Notes: a model not told the origin generated them from the sequence alone. Positions 1 to 7,669 are shown, numbered from the stretch's first letter. The stretch: 33,878 nt of DNA from a virus (IMGVR_UViG_3300037851_000846:1-33878); one strand, 5' to 3'. Numbers and translations: made by a program.

Positions 1-201
1 CCGGTATTTCTTGGGCGTGTGTTTGGCCGGGCCGAGGGCGACTTGTGCGGCCTGGTACGCCTGCACGTCGGCCAGGTTGACCAGGGTGCGGCCATAGAAG
101 GGCCGGGTGGCGACGCGCCGGTCGCGCACGAGCTGCCGCACCCGCGTCGGCGAGTAGCCGGTAACGGCGGCGGCGGCGGTAACGGGTACATATCCGTCCA
201 T
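1..201 (-). CDS. Excisionase/MerR-like HTH_17 DNA-binding protein, 3' end truncated by window edge
   Basis: Not in ORF track. Hand translation from ATG at 201 (AGGAGG SD upstream): MDGYVPVTAAAAVTGYSPTRVRQLVRDRRVATRPFYGRTLVNLADVQAYQAAQVALGPAKHTPKKYR. Open to the edge; paralog of 425-685. Confidence 0.8.
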   Translation of the reverse strand, partial: MDGYVPVTAAAAVTGYSPTRVRQLVRDRRVATRPFYGRTLVNLADVQAYQAAQVALGPAKHTPKKYR

Positions 202-239
202 ACTTTCCTCCTGTGGTTTGTTCATCGGGGCCTCCCAAG

Positions 240-268
240 TAAAAAGCCCCACCAGCAATGGCAGGGCT
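240..268 (-). terminator. Intrinsic terminator between promoter and HTH gene
   Basis: Minus strand AGCCCTGCCA-TTGC-TGGTGGGGCT-TTTT: 10-bp stem with G-U pairs plus U tract. Confidence 0.7.
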
Positions 269-345
269 AAGATTATGACTCAGCGCCTCTGTGCTGGCGG
301 CTATCGCGGGCGGCAACCATGTGTTTCCTGATTAGGAACAACTTG

Positions 346-400
346 ATTGTATAATAATTTCAACTTCATGTCAATAGACAAATCGTGGATTTGAAGTTGA
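346..400 (-). promoter_or_regulatory. Sigma70 promoter with overlapping inverted-repeat operator
   Basis: TTGACA (374-369), 17-bp spacer, TACAAT (351-346). Inverted repeat TCAACTTCA (360-368) / TGAAGTTGA (392-400). Confidence 0.75.
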
Positions 401-407
401 GGAATAG

Positions 408-438
408 AAAAAGGCCGACTATGTTTAGTCGGCCTTTT
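408..438. terminator. Bidirectional intrinsic terminator
   Basis: AAAAGGCCGACTA-TGTT-TAGTCGGCCTTTT, overlapping the stop of 425-685. Confidence 0.75.
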
Positions 439-685
439 GTCGTTTGCTTTTGGGGGTATGTTTTGTCTTTCCCATAGCTTGCATTAATTGCGCATACCTA
501 ATGATGTCGTTTGTTCTGAAGAATAGCATGTTCCCGCGTTTAACTGCTTCTATATTCCCTCTTTTCGCCATCTTTGTTAGATTGCGCGTGGTATATCCCG
601 TAATCTCAGCGGCTTCCTGGGTGGTAATCCACTCATTGGGGTTAAACTCGCCCGGATTGATTATCTCAGTCGGCGTGGGGGACAT
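425..685 (-). CDS. Excisionase-like HTH_17 protein
   Basis: WITTQEAAEITGYTTRNLTKMAKRGNIEAVKRGNMLFF is the typical HTH_17 pattern; AGGAGG SD. Confidence 0.85.
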   Translation of the reverse strand: MSPTPTEIINPGEFNPNEWITTQEAAEITGYTTRNLTKMAKRGNIEAVKRGNMLFFRTNDIIRYAQLMQAMGKTKHTPKSKRQKAD

Positions 686-699
686 GGGGGGCCTCCTAT

Positions 700-728
700 G
701 AATTAAGAATTAAGAATTAAGAATTAAG
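700..728 (+). repeat. Heptamer tandem repeat (GAATTAA)x4
   Basis: Directly visible. Confidence 0.9.
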
Positions 729-816
729 CAGGGCAAAGTGGAAAGTGCGTTAAAATCTCTGGAAAAGTAAGAGAAATTGTGCTATATTTTAATCAGAAGG
801 TTGATGAGGAAAGGAC

Positions 817-1005
817 ATGATTTTAGAAGTTTTCTTAGCTATGACGATTTTTATACTCGGCAGCGGACTGGGGTGCGCTCTGGGAGCTTTCCTGGGAGCG
901 GCGTGGATTATTGCCACCTTCGAGGGCGCTGGAGTGCTGAAAGACTCATGGGAAGCTAATGTAAGTCTTTACAAGGCCCTCCAAAAGCGTCGCCAACGCG
1001 GGTAA
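817..1005 (+). CDS. Small membrane protein
   Basis: AGGAAAGG SD; TGCTATATT extended -10-like element upstream; long Gly-rich hydrophobic N-terminus and basic tail; 3' overlap with the convergent gene. Confidence 0.55.
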   Translation: MILEVFLAMTIFILGSGLGCALGAFLGAAWIIATFEGAGVLKDSWEANVSLYKALQKRRQRG

Positions 1006-1308
1006 TCCCAACGAAGCCCCCGCTTTTTTCAGCAGCTCTAAGCCTTGATGCCAAATGGTATCATCGCGGGCTACGGCCAGAAACTCATGGCCCTCCCATG
1101 TCAGCCGTAACGGCGTCCAGGTATGTTGTCCATCGTTGAAAAAGTCGTGCGCGGCCAGATAGCCGCCCTCGGCCAGCAAACCGACATGATACGAAATTTC
1201 CTCCGCCGTATAGCCAGGCAGGGCGACGTTGATAAAATGCTCCGCGCCCGTGTCGGCGGACTCGACGGCCAGTAATATCTTCCGGATCAAGTTTAAATCG
1301 CGTTTCAT
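946..1308 (-). CDS. DUF2513 family protein
   Basis: MKRDLNLIRKILLAVE...YHVGLLAEGGYL...RLTWEGHEFL...DDTIW signature. Confidence 0.85.
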   Translation of the reverse strand: MKRDLNLIRKILLAVESADTGAEHFINVALPGYTAEEISYHVGLLAEGGYLAAHDFFNDGQHTWTPLRLTWEGHEFLAVARDDTIWHQGLELLKKAGASLGLPALATLLEGLVKTYISFP

Positions 1309-1324
1309 GTTTCCAACAAAACCA

Positions 1325-1368
1325 TTGCTTTAATCAGGGCGCTTGTGCTATACTAGAACAAAAGTTCG
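1325..1368 (+). promoter_or_regulatory. Promoter with LexA-type (GAAC-N4-GTTC) box
   Basis: TTGCTT (1325-1330), extended -10 TGCTATACT (1346-1354), directly followed by AGAACAAAAGTTCG (1355-1368). Confidence 0.7.
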
Positions 1369-1380
1369 GACAGGGAGAAA

Positions 1381-1626
1381 GTGATGACCGCCATAGTCTG
1401 GATCGTGACCACTGATCGTTACGTGCAGAATATGCAAGATCGTTCGGCCGACTGTGAAGCGGACGCCTTATTGGAAGCGTATATGGGTCTACCCGCGGCT
1501 GCACGGCCAGCCCAGGTTATCGTAGATACTACCGGCCTGGGCGTAGTATTGGCTGAAAGACTGCGCGAGCGGGGGCTACCCGTGGTCAGGGCCGTGACTC
1601 CCTTACATCAGATAGCGCTTCTGTGA
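1381..1626 (+). CDS. Small protein resembling a fragment of the terminase large-subunit nuclease domain
   Basis: GGGAG SD; motif VIVDTTGLGVVLAERLRERGLPV matches the hhhD-x-x-G-h-G pattern of TerL C-terminal domains. Confidence 0.6.
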   Translation: MMTAIVWIVTTDRYVQNMQDRSADCEADALLEAYMGLPAAARPAQVIVDTTGLGVVLAERLRERGLPVVRAVTPLHQIALL

Positions 1627-1699
1627 AAATTATGAGCTTGTGTTGGGTAAAATGGCAAGTGAGCCTGACGCCATACCCGCAATAGTTAAAAGGAGTCCA

Positions 1700-1888
1700 A
1701 TGACTGAAGCCCAAATCCGTCAAATTGTCTACACTGAAGCTCTGGCGCTGCTCGCCAGAAATACTATGTTCGAAGAAGAAATACGTAAGATTGCCTATGA
1801 GGAGGCCGACAAAAAATGCTTCTCATATTTTCTGATTGTCGTCTTTGCAATCCTCTTAGTAGCGGCGCGGTATCTGTTATTTCCATAG
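1700..1888 (+). CDS. Small membrane protein, paralog 1
   Basis: AGGAG SD before ATG 1700; two EEIRxIxxxEA-like units followed by a hydrophobic helix. Confidence 0.7.
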   Translation: MTEAQIRQIVYTEALALLARNTMFEEEIRKIAYEEADKKCFSYFLIVVFAILLVAARYLLFP

Positions 1889-1895
1889 GAGTCCG

Positions 1896-2018
1896 ATGAC
1901 TGAAGAAGAAATTCGCAAAATTGTCCGCGACGAGGCCTACAAGGTATGCAACTCGATGTTCATTACCGTGCTATTGGGCGTCGTGACGGCGCTGACCCTC
2001 CATTGGCTGTGGCTGTAG
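1896..2018 (+). CDS. Small membrane protein, paralog 2 (40 aa)
   Basis: Below ORF cutoff. MTEEEIRKIVRDEAYKVCNSMFITVLLGVVTALTLHWLWL; AGGAG SD. Confidence 0.7.
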   Translation: MTEEEIRKIVRDEAYKVCNSMFITVLLGVVTALTLHWLWL

Positions 2019-2027
2019 AGGTTTCTC

Positions 2028-2177
2028 ATGAGCTATCAGCCAGAATCGCAACCGACAACCGTCGCCCTGGTGCGTGAGATGGCGCGACGCGAAGCCTGGC
2101 GCGTGTGTCGCCCGGTCCTGACCACCCTTATGCTCAGCATTTTAATCAGCATCCTCAGCGAAGTGTTACAGCACTAA
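2028..2177 (+). CDS. Small membrane protein, paralog 3 (49 aa)
   Basis: Below ORF cutoff. MSYQPESQPTTVALVREMARREAWRVCRPVLTTLMLSILISILSEVLQH; GAGGT SD. Confidence 0.6.
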   Translation: MSYQPESQPTTVALVREMARREAWRVCRPVLTTLMLSILISILSEVLQH

Positions 2178-2588
2178 GGCGTAGAGATATTTCAGGATTT
2201 CAATGACGATCACCGCCATCACGGCCGCTATCATACCGCGCCATTCCGGTTTAAACTCGTCCCATTCCTCCCTGAGCCAGCGTCGCCAGGCGGGTAACGC
2301 CCAAAGCCGCGCGTAGGCGTGCGCCTCGGCAGTCAACACAAAGGTGTCGCCGGCGGGCAACCCGGATAGGCCGCTGCCGACGACGATCAACCCGCGTGTT
2401 TTCCAGACATCCAGCCAGTCCGGCAGGATGACGAGCGGCGCCAGCCGCGTTTGCCGGGGAATCAGCGGCGCGACATACACATCATCATCAGTGCGCCCGA
2501 TGACAAATTCTAAGGACTGCGCGGCGCGCGTTTCCGTGGCCACTATTTGCAGCAGCGCGGCGCGTTGATCGGGAGTGAGTTTTGGCAT
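2166..2588 (-). CDS. Hypothetical protein with C-terminal transmembrane anchor
   Basis: 140-aa ORF with winged-helix-like RGLI...FVLTAEAHAY and a hydrophobic C-terminus. Confidence 0.65.
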   Translation of the reverse strand: MPKLTPDQRAALLQIVATETRAAQSLEFVIGRTDDDVYVAPLIPRQTRLAPLVILPDWLDVWKTRGLIVVGSGLSGLPAGDTFVLTAEAHAYARLWALPAWRRWLREEWDEFKPEWRGMIAAVMAVIVIEILKYLYALVL

Positions 2589-2612
2589 AGTTTATAGCTT
2601 TGGAGGTGTACG

Positions 2613-2849
2613 TTGCCCGAAGAAAAAATGATTACCAATTTCAATTTGTGCATACCTGGCACAACCGTCGTATGGACTGATCAGGCGGTAATGTCTTTAT
2701 TGTTGTCCGTGCTTAAGCCCCTCGCTGAAAAATGTGGTTACCAGATCGTTTTGTCGAAAAACAATGAACCCACTAGCGCCGATCAAGAATGGCTCAAGGA
2801 ACGCCTCGATCAGTTTCGGCAGGAGTTGATGAGTTCCCTGACAGCTTAG
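2613..2849 (+). CDS. Hypothetical protein
   Basis: GGAGGT SD before TTG start; protein-like composition. Confidence 0.55.
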   Translation: MPEEKMITNFNLCIPGTTVVWTDQAVMSLLLSVLKPLAEKCGYQIVLSKNNEPTSADQEWLKERLDQFRQELMSSLTA

Positions 2850-2931
2850 CGATATTTTTAGAAACCGGCCGAACATAATGCCGATAAAACAGTTCCTGTA
2901 AAAGTATCAAGAATATTAAACGAGGTGAAAA

Positions 2932-3144
2932 ATGTTAGATAAAGAGCATGAATCTACTCTGACACATTACGCCGCCGAGATCGAACTGGCAAAAGCCGAA
3001 ATTGCTCTGCTAACCTATCCTGATGGAACGCCCTTGCAGGATCATACGCAGACAGCGTTACTGATACTGCTGTGGCTAAGAGGGCATCATAATGTCAATA
3101 CGGATGCCAGTGAGCTGCTACACGCTATCCTGGCGGTGCTTTGA
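2932..3144 (+). CDS. Hypothetical protein
   Basis: GAGGTG SD before ATG. Confidence 0.6.
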   Translation: MLDKEHESTLTHYAAEIELAKAEIALLTYPDGTPLQDHTQTALLILLWLRGHHNVNTDASELLHAILAVL

Positions 3145-3331
3145 TTTCAGATTCTATCCGTTTGACCGAACGCCAGTAATCTACTCGGATTATCTGCACT
3201 ACCCGCGATGGATTATTGGCGATATCAGCCAATACTAGATTTCCGTGGGTATCTACATACGCACATTCAGCTTCTATCGTGGATGACTCAACCTTGTTGC
3301 CTGTTGCCGCGGTTACTTCCCATTGCGCCAT
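3125..3331 (-). CDS. Hypothetical small beta-rich protein
   Basis: ATG at 3331 after a G-rich SD; MAQWEVTAATGNKVESSTIEAE... Confidence 0.55.
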   Translation of the reverse strand: MAQWEVTAATGNKVESSTIEAECAYVDTHGNLVLADIANNPSRVVQIIRVDYWRSVKRIESEIKAPPG

Positions 3332-3352
3332 TGATCTGTCCCCCCCTAACAC

Positions 3353-3393
3353 AAAACCCCATCCATACCGTCACTGGCTATGGATGGGGTTTT
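3353..3393. terminator. Bidirectional intrinsic terminator
   Basis: AAAACCCCATCCATA...TATGGATGGGGTTTT inverted repeat. Confidence 0.75.
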
Positions 3394-3528
3394 GATTTAA
3401 AATATGAATCTAGCCAGTTATTTGCAAGAAAAATATGCCCCAGAGAGGACTTGCCTGGAGTAGTTGGGGCAACTGGCTAAAAGTAATGTATGCGACGTTT
3501 ACCCTGCTATTATAGCACACCTTTTCTG

Positions 3529-5046
3529 TCAGGGATCGCGGAACCGGCAGAAATCCGGGGCGGCGCGCCAGATGAACGGCCAGAGGGACGCCAGCCAGTC
3601 GCGCGGGGTCAAGCGTACCAGGTGGCCGGTGTCCAGCGGGTTGCCGGAAATTTCGATCCGGGCAAACAGGCTGTGGATCACGTCTTTCTGCTCCTGGTAG
3701 TCGAGCGCGCCCAGGTCTTGGCTGAGGGCGCGGAAGCGGGTGAGCTGTGGCTGGATGTCGTCCCATCCCGGCGGCAAGGCGGCTTGGGCGGCGCGGAGCT
3801 GGGCGGCGAGGGTATCGGAGGCGGCCAGGTACGCGGCCAGGGGCAGGTCGCCGGCCAGGTGCCGTTGTAGCAGGCGCGGCTGCTGCGCTTCCAGGCGCAG
3901 CAATTCGCGGTGCGCGGCGGCGCCGGTGGGTGAGATGGCCGCCAGCGCGGCGTGGAGCGCGGCCGGCAGGCCGGGGGTGTCCAGCGCGCCCACCCACGCG
4001 GTAAAGCTGCGCTCGTAGCCGTCGGCGGGAATCCAGGCGGGGATTTTACACCGCGCGGCGTGGCGATAGTAGCGCACGCCCTCCTGGCGCGCGGTGGTGA
4101 GCGGCTGGTCGCAGTTGTGGCAGACGAGCAGCGGGGTGAGCAGGTAGCTGCTGCGCGGGCCGTGCGTGGTGTAGGCGCGCGCGTGACGTTCCAGTTCGGC
4201 CCCCACCCGCCGGCACAGGTCGGGCTCGAGGATGGGGTCGTGTAGGCCGGCAATGACTTCGGCCGGGTGATCCTTCTGGCGGCCCAGGGGCAGGTCGCCG
4301 GCGTAGAGCCGCCAGGCGGCCAGGATGCGCCGCACGTCGTCCCGCGTCCATTCCCGCGCCACGCCCTGCCGGTTTTTGAAGCGCCAGCCGGCGGCATTGA
4401 GGGCGGCGGTCAGGCTGTCGTAGGTGTAGTCGCCGCCGGCAAACCACTCGTAGGCCTGCTGCAAGGCGGCGTGGTAGGGGCGTTCCCGCAGCGCGCCGGC
4501 GGCGTCGGTCAACCAGAGCGTGTCGGGGTCGGGTTGCAGGCAGCCCTTGATGCGGATGCAGCCAAAGGGGATCGTGCCCCAGTGCCAGCCCAGCGCGCGG
4601 CGCTTGTACTCGATGTTGGCGGTGACGCGCTCCGAGGTTTTGCGCGCCTCCATCTCGTACATACTGACCAGCACCGTCGCCAGCATCCGCCCGCCGGCCG
4701 TGCCGGTGTCCACCATGTCGTGGACCAACACCATGCGTTTGTGCAGCTTTTCCAGTTCGTCCACGAATTCCAGGAACTCGCGCGTGTTGCGGTGGATGCG
4801 GCTCAGGTCGTAGGCGGCGATGCCGGCCACGTCGGCGCGCGGCAGTTGGGCTTTGAGTTGCAGCCAGGCCGGGCGGCCTTCTTCGGAGAGGCCGCTACGG
4901 TGGCCCTCCGCGTCTACGTACCATTCACAGGCGAACCCGCGCGCCTCCACCAGCGCACGGATGGCAGCCCGCTGCTGATCCGGGCTGACGCTGGCGTTTT
5001 CGTCGGGCATGTAACTACGGCGGATGTAACAGAGTAAGGTTTGCAT
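3529..5046 (-). CDS. Large serine recombinase (integrase)
   Basis: Start at ATG 5046 gives MQTLLCYIRRS (catalytic Ser); SG...RPAW, DLSRIHRN, long helix E (EARKTSERV), recombinase domain, Zn ribbon CHNC, coiled coil. Confidence 0.93.
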   Translation of the reverse strand: MQTLLCYIRRSYMPDENASVSPDQQRAAIRALVEARGFACEWYVDAEGHRSGLSEEGRPAWLQLKAQLPRADVAGIAAYDLSRIHRNTREFLEFVDELEKLHKRMVLVHDMVDTGTAGGRMLATVLVSMYEMEARKTSERVTANIEYKRRALGWHWGTIPFGCIRIKGCLQPDPDTLWLTDAAGALRERPYHAALQQAYEWFAGGDYTYDSLTAALNAAGWRFKNRQGVAREWTRDDVRRILAAWRLYAGDLPLGRQKDHPAEVIAGLHDPILEPDLCRRVGAELERHARAYTTHGPRSSYLLTPLLVCHNCDQPLTTARQEGVRYYRHAARCKIPAWIPADGYERSFTAWVGALDTPGLPAALHAALAAISPTGAAAHRELLRLEAQQPRLLQRHLAGDLPLAAYLAASDTLAAQLRAAQAALPPGWDDIQPQLTRFRALSQDLGALDYQEQKDVIHSLFARIEISGNPLDTGHLVRLTPRDWLASLWPFIWRAAPDFCRFRDP

Positions 5047-5168
5047 CCTACCGGTATACCCCCAGCCGGCGAATAGGCAAACCGGGGCTTGGGCGCGGAG
5101 GTGCAGGGGTGCGGGGGGGCGTCGCATTGCTATGGCGCCAGTCCTTAAGGGTAAGTTGCGTCTTTTTC

Positions 5169-5196
5169 GTGACAACTTGTCCAGGTGCGGTATAAT
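5169..5196 (+). promoter_or_regulatory. Sigma70 promoter of the three-gene cassette
   Basis: GTGACA, 16-bp spacer, TATAAT. Confidence 0.6.
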
Positions 5197-5228
5197 GAGA
5201 GCAGATCAGTGAACCTGGCGGAGGAGCT

Positions 5229-5531
5229 ATGACTGAGAAACAGCTATATCGCGTGCCGCTGCGGTGGGTCGTCGATCCCCACCTGGTGAGCCGCTATGCG
5301 AATAACGTGATTGTACAACACACACCGGATGAGTTCGTGTTGAATTTCTTTGAGGCGCGGCCGCCCCTACGATTGGAGGCGGATGGGCAACTCCCCGAAG
5401 TGATTGAAGCCTATTGTGTCGCCCGCATTATCCTCAGCCCCGCCCAAATGGAGAGTTTGCTGACGGTGCTACAGGAGAATTTTAATGATTTTTTACGTAT
5501 CCAGGAGATGGCAGATGAAGACGCGCCATGA
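5229..5531 (+). CDS. DUF3467 family protein
   Basis: YANNVIVQHTPDEFVLNF...VARIILSPAQMESLLTVLQEN signature; GGAGGAG SD. Confidence 0.8.
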   Translation: MTEKQLYRVPLRWVVDPHLVSRYANNVIVQHTPDEFVLNFFEARPPLRLEADGQLPEVIEAYCVARIILSPAQMESLLTVLQENFNDFLRIQEMADEDAP

Positions 5532-5814
5532 CCCCCAGGCGCAACGCCGGGCCGCCGTGACTGGGCGGGATATGTCGGCCTGGTTAGCGGTGAGTACGGC
5601 CACCGCTCGCTACTTTGCGCTATCCCCCACCGCGGCTGACGCGGCGCCTTTAACGGCTTTCCAATGGGAGATTCTGCGGGATAACCGCGGGCCATACCTC
5701 CCGGAACCGGAAGATGAGTTCCTGGCGCATAGTCCCTTATTGCCTAAATTGTTAGCGCAGGCCTTACACCAACCGATCCCGGATGACTGGCGGCAGGCGC
5801 TGCGTGACTTGTAG
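5515..5814 (+). CDS. Hypothetical protein, candidate antitoxin
   Basis: AGGAG SD before ATG 5515; overlaps both neighbours; ends DDWRQALRDL directly upstream of a RelE-type gene. Confidence 0.6.
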   Translation: MKTRHDPQAQRRAAVTGRDMSAWLAVSTATARYFALSPTAADAAPLTAFQWEILRDNRGPYLPEPEDEFLAHSPLLPKLLAQALHQPIPDDWRQALRDL

Positions 5815-6160
5815 AGTGGTATTTGGCGCCACGTTTGCCCGCGATCTGAAACATCTGGAACGGCGTTATCCCCATATCCGCGCCGATATGGCGGCGGCAC
5901 TGGACTTGCTCCTGCGCGTGCCGGAAACCGGCGTCATCATTCCCGATGATTACGGTATGGGTAAACTCCGGGTGCGCAATCGGGATGCCCGGCATGGCAA
6001 AAGTGGCGGCTATCGCGTGATTTATTACCGGCTGGGGACGGTGTGGTATTGTCTGGCCCTCTATGCCAAAGCCGACCGGTCAGACATTACCCGGTATGAG
6101 TTGCAGCAATTGTTATTTGAGATCGAGCAATTAGAGAAATCTGGATCGCCACCGGAGTAA
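5804..6160 (+). CDS. RelE/HigB-family toxin
   Basis: FARDLKHL...KLRVRN...GKSGGYRVIYY...LYAKADRSDI motif; likely GTG start at 5804. Confidence 0.85.
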   Translation: MTCRVVFGATFARDLKHLERRYPHIRADMAAALDLLLRVPETGVIIPDDYGMGKLRVRNRDARHGKSGGYRVIYYRLGTVWYCLALYAKADRSDITRYELQQLLFEIEQLEKSGSPPE

Positions 6161-6179
6161 GTGATTTCTCGCTAGGTTT

Positions 6180-6219
6180 ATTCGGCGCGCTCACCCAGAG
6201 CGCGCCGAATTTTTGTTTT
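6180..6219 (+). terminator. Intrinsic terminator
   Basis: ATTCGGCGCGCTC-ACCCA-GAGCGCGCCGAAT-TTTTGTTTT. Confidence 0.85.
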
Positions 6220-6235
6220 CCCCTGGCCCATCCCC

Positions 6236-6255
6236 ATTATTTCCCAGGAAATAAT
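6236..6255. promoter_or_regulatory. 20-bp palindrome copy 1 (Noc-site/parS-like)
   Basis: ATTATTTCCCAGGAAATAAT; identical copies at 9691, 16121 and (inverted) 16618. Confidence 0.8.
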
Positions 6256-6275
6256 CTGCCCCCCACTTTCCCCAC

Positions 6276-6349
6276 AGAACACAAGTTCTATATTGACAAG
6301 ATCGGAAGTGGGCTTATAATCAGTATAGTTGCGTAAGAATTTACGCAAC
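6276..6349 (+). promoter_or_regulatory. Early-operon promoter with LexA-type box and downstream inverted repeat
   Basis: AGAACACAAGTTCT (6276-6289); TTGACA (6293-6298), 16 bp, TATAAT (6315-6320); GTTGCGTAA-N4-TTACGCAAC (6328-6349). Confidence 0.85.
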
Positions 6350-6459
6350 ATTAACAGGACATAAAAGCGAACACCGGGGGGGTTGCAGCCCGTCCCGGTG
6401 TTCTAGCCCAACAGCCAGCGCATTGGCGGTCAGGTTACCCTCATTATAGCACTCTTTGA

Positions 6460-6492
6460 GGCCCCCCGCAGCGTTCTGGCGGGGGGCTTTTG
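6460..6492 (+). terminator. Intrinsic terminator in early leader
   Basis: GCCCCCCGC...GCGGGGGGC-TTTT before the first gene. Confidence 0.7.
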
Positions 6493-6540
6493 ATTTTGGA
6501 TTTCAGATTTCCGATTTTGGATGGCAAACAGGAGGCTAGG

Positions 6541-6822
6541 ATGACGCAGACCGAGAGTGTACAAATTTTGGCGACGTTGGAGACGCTGCTCCCGCAATAC
6601 CGGGAGCGCTGCGCGAAATTCTATGAGACCCACGACGCGGGCAGCGACCCCCTTGTGGCGAATCGCTGGATTCACCGGGAATTGATGGAGCGGTTTGGGG
6701 TGCAGCCGGTGCTGACGGAGAGCGCGAAGATTCGCCGCCGGTTGACCATCGCCCGCACCGGGGTGCAGATCCTCCTCAAGGGGCGCGCCACACAGTCCCG
6801 TAAGTCCAAGCTGTGGAAGTGA
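6541..6822 (+). CDS. Hypothetical protein, first gene of early operon
   Basis: AGGAGG SD before ATG 6541; the upstream extension in the ORF track is a heptamer repeat. Confidence 0.7.
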   Translation: MTQTESVQILATLETLLPQYRERCAKFYETHDAGSDPLVANRWIHRELMERFGVQPVLTESAKIRRRLTIARTGVQILLKGRATQSRKSKLWK

Positions 6823-6826
6823 CGGG

Positions 6827-7267
6827 ATGAGCGGTTATACCTTCCCCGCCACCTGGCCGGAGACCGGCCCGGTGATTTTGCAAAAAGTTCCCCCGGACAA
6901 CGCGGCCCCCCAGCGCGACTGCCTGGAATTCATCACCTGCCGCGGCGGGCGCTTCTACATCGCCATTGATGCGGGGCGCCCGCGCCCGGACGGGATGACC
7001 TACCAGGAAGCCCGCAGTTGGGCGAAATTCGGCGCAGTGGCATTTGATACCCGGCCCTATAGTTGGAACGTTTGTGCTACGTTCTACGAGCCACCGCCGC
7101 GCTGTGTGGCGGTAGTCTCGGCAACGCGCGGGACGTGTTTTGTGAAGTTGCGGGACGGCGCGCCCCTCCCCACCACGCTAGCGGAGTTGGCGACGGCGGC
7201 GGCGGAACGGCCCGGGCGGTGGACGCCGCAGGGGGAGGTGGTCGGAGAGTTGCGAGTTGCGAGTTAG
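6827..7267 (+). CDS. Hypothetical protein
   Basis: Operon-like spacing; GC3-rich codon use. Confidence 0.65.
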   Translation: MSGYTFPATWPETGPVILQKVPPDNAAPQRDCLEFITCRGGRFYIAIDAGRPRPDGMTYQEARSWAKFGAVAFDTRPYSWNVCATFYEPPPRCVAVVSATRGTCFVKLRDGAPLPTTLAELATAAAERPGRWTPQGEVVGELRVAS

Positions 7268-7346
7268 GAGTGAGGAGTGAGGAGTGATGGGGTAGGGGTT
7301 AGGGGTTAGGGGTTTTTATGTTTTACGTTTCACGTTTTAGGGGAGG
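7249..7346 (+). repeat. Cluster of heptamer tandem repeats
   Basis: GTTGCGA, GAGTGAG, GGGGTTA and TTTTACG/TTTCACG units; 7320-7346 recurs identically at 8383-8409. Confidence 0.8.
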
Positions 7347-7351
7347 CGACG

Positions 7352-7669
7352 ATGTTTGACTTTCAGAATATCCGAGTGGTGGAAAGTGTGCGCGTGCCTT
7401 CGCCGGCGGAAGCGGCGGAGTTGCGGGCGCAACTGCGGGCGGCGCGGCTGATGCGCGATCTGCTGGCCGTGATGTTGGATGAGGTGCGGCAGCAATTGCA
7501 GGCGGAACGGCGGCTGTGTGACGCGCTGGCCGCCGATCTCGAACGGTGGATGGGCGCGGGCGCTGCGGACACAGCGCCCACGCCCCAGGCAGGGGAGGGT
7601 GGCAAACCTGACGCAATCGTATACCCGTTGGCGGGCAGTGTCAAGGGGGATAGCGAGGCAGCGGCATGA
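7352..7669 (+). CDS. Hypothetical coiled-coil protein
   Basis: GGGAGG SD; Leu/Glu/Arg-rich helix. Confidence 0.7.
   Translation: MFDFQNIRVVESVRVPSPAEAAELRAQLRAARLMRDLLAVMLDEVRQQLQAERRLCDALAADLERWMGAGAADTAPTPQAGEGGKPDAIVYPLAGSVKGDSEAAA

Noticed and set aside
2870-2883. Additional LexA box (CGAACATAATGCCG)
   Set aside because: Right half-site does not match GTTC.
3436-3471. Resemblance to phiC31 attP (TGCCCCAACT...CTCTC..GGGGC)
   Set aside because: Shorter, and the match could be chance; kept only as an unproven att candidate.
5047-5175. N-terminal extensions given by the ORF track (integrase; also ORFs starting 6490, 8357, 13457, 22043, 29009, 31713)
   Set aside because: Domain boundaries, SD positions or overlap with the upstream gene support later ATGs; some extensions are translated repeats.
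7320-7340. Canonical parS (TGTTTCACGTGAAACA)
   Set aside because: Only the GTTTCACGT half is present, as part of a heptamer repeat; not palindromic.
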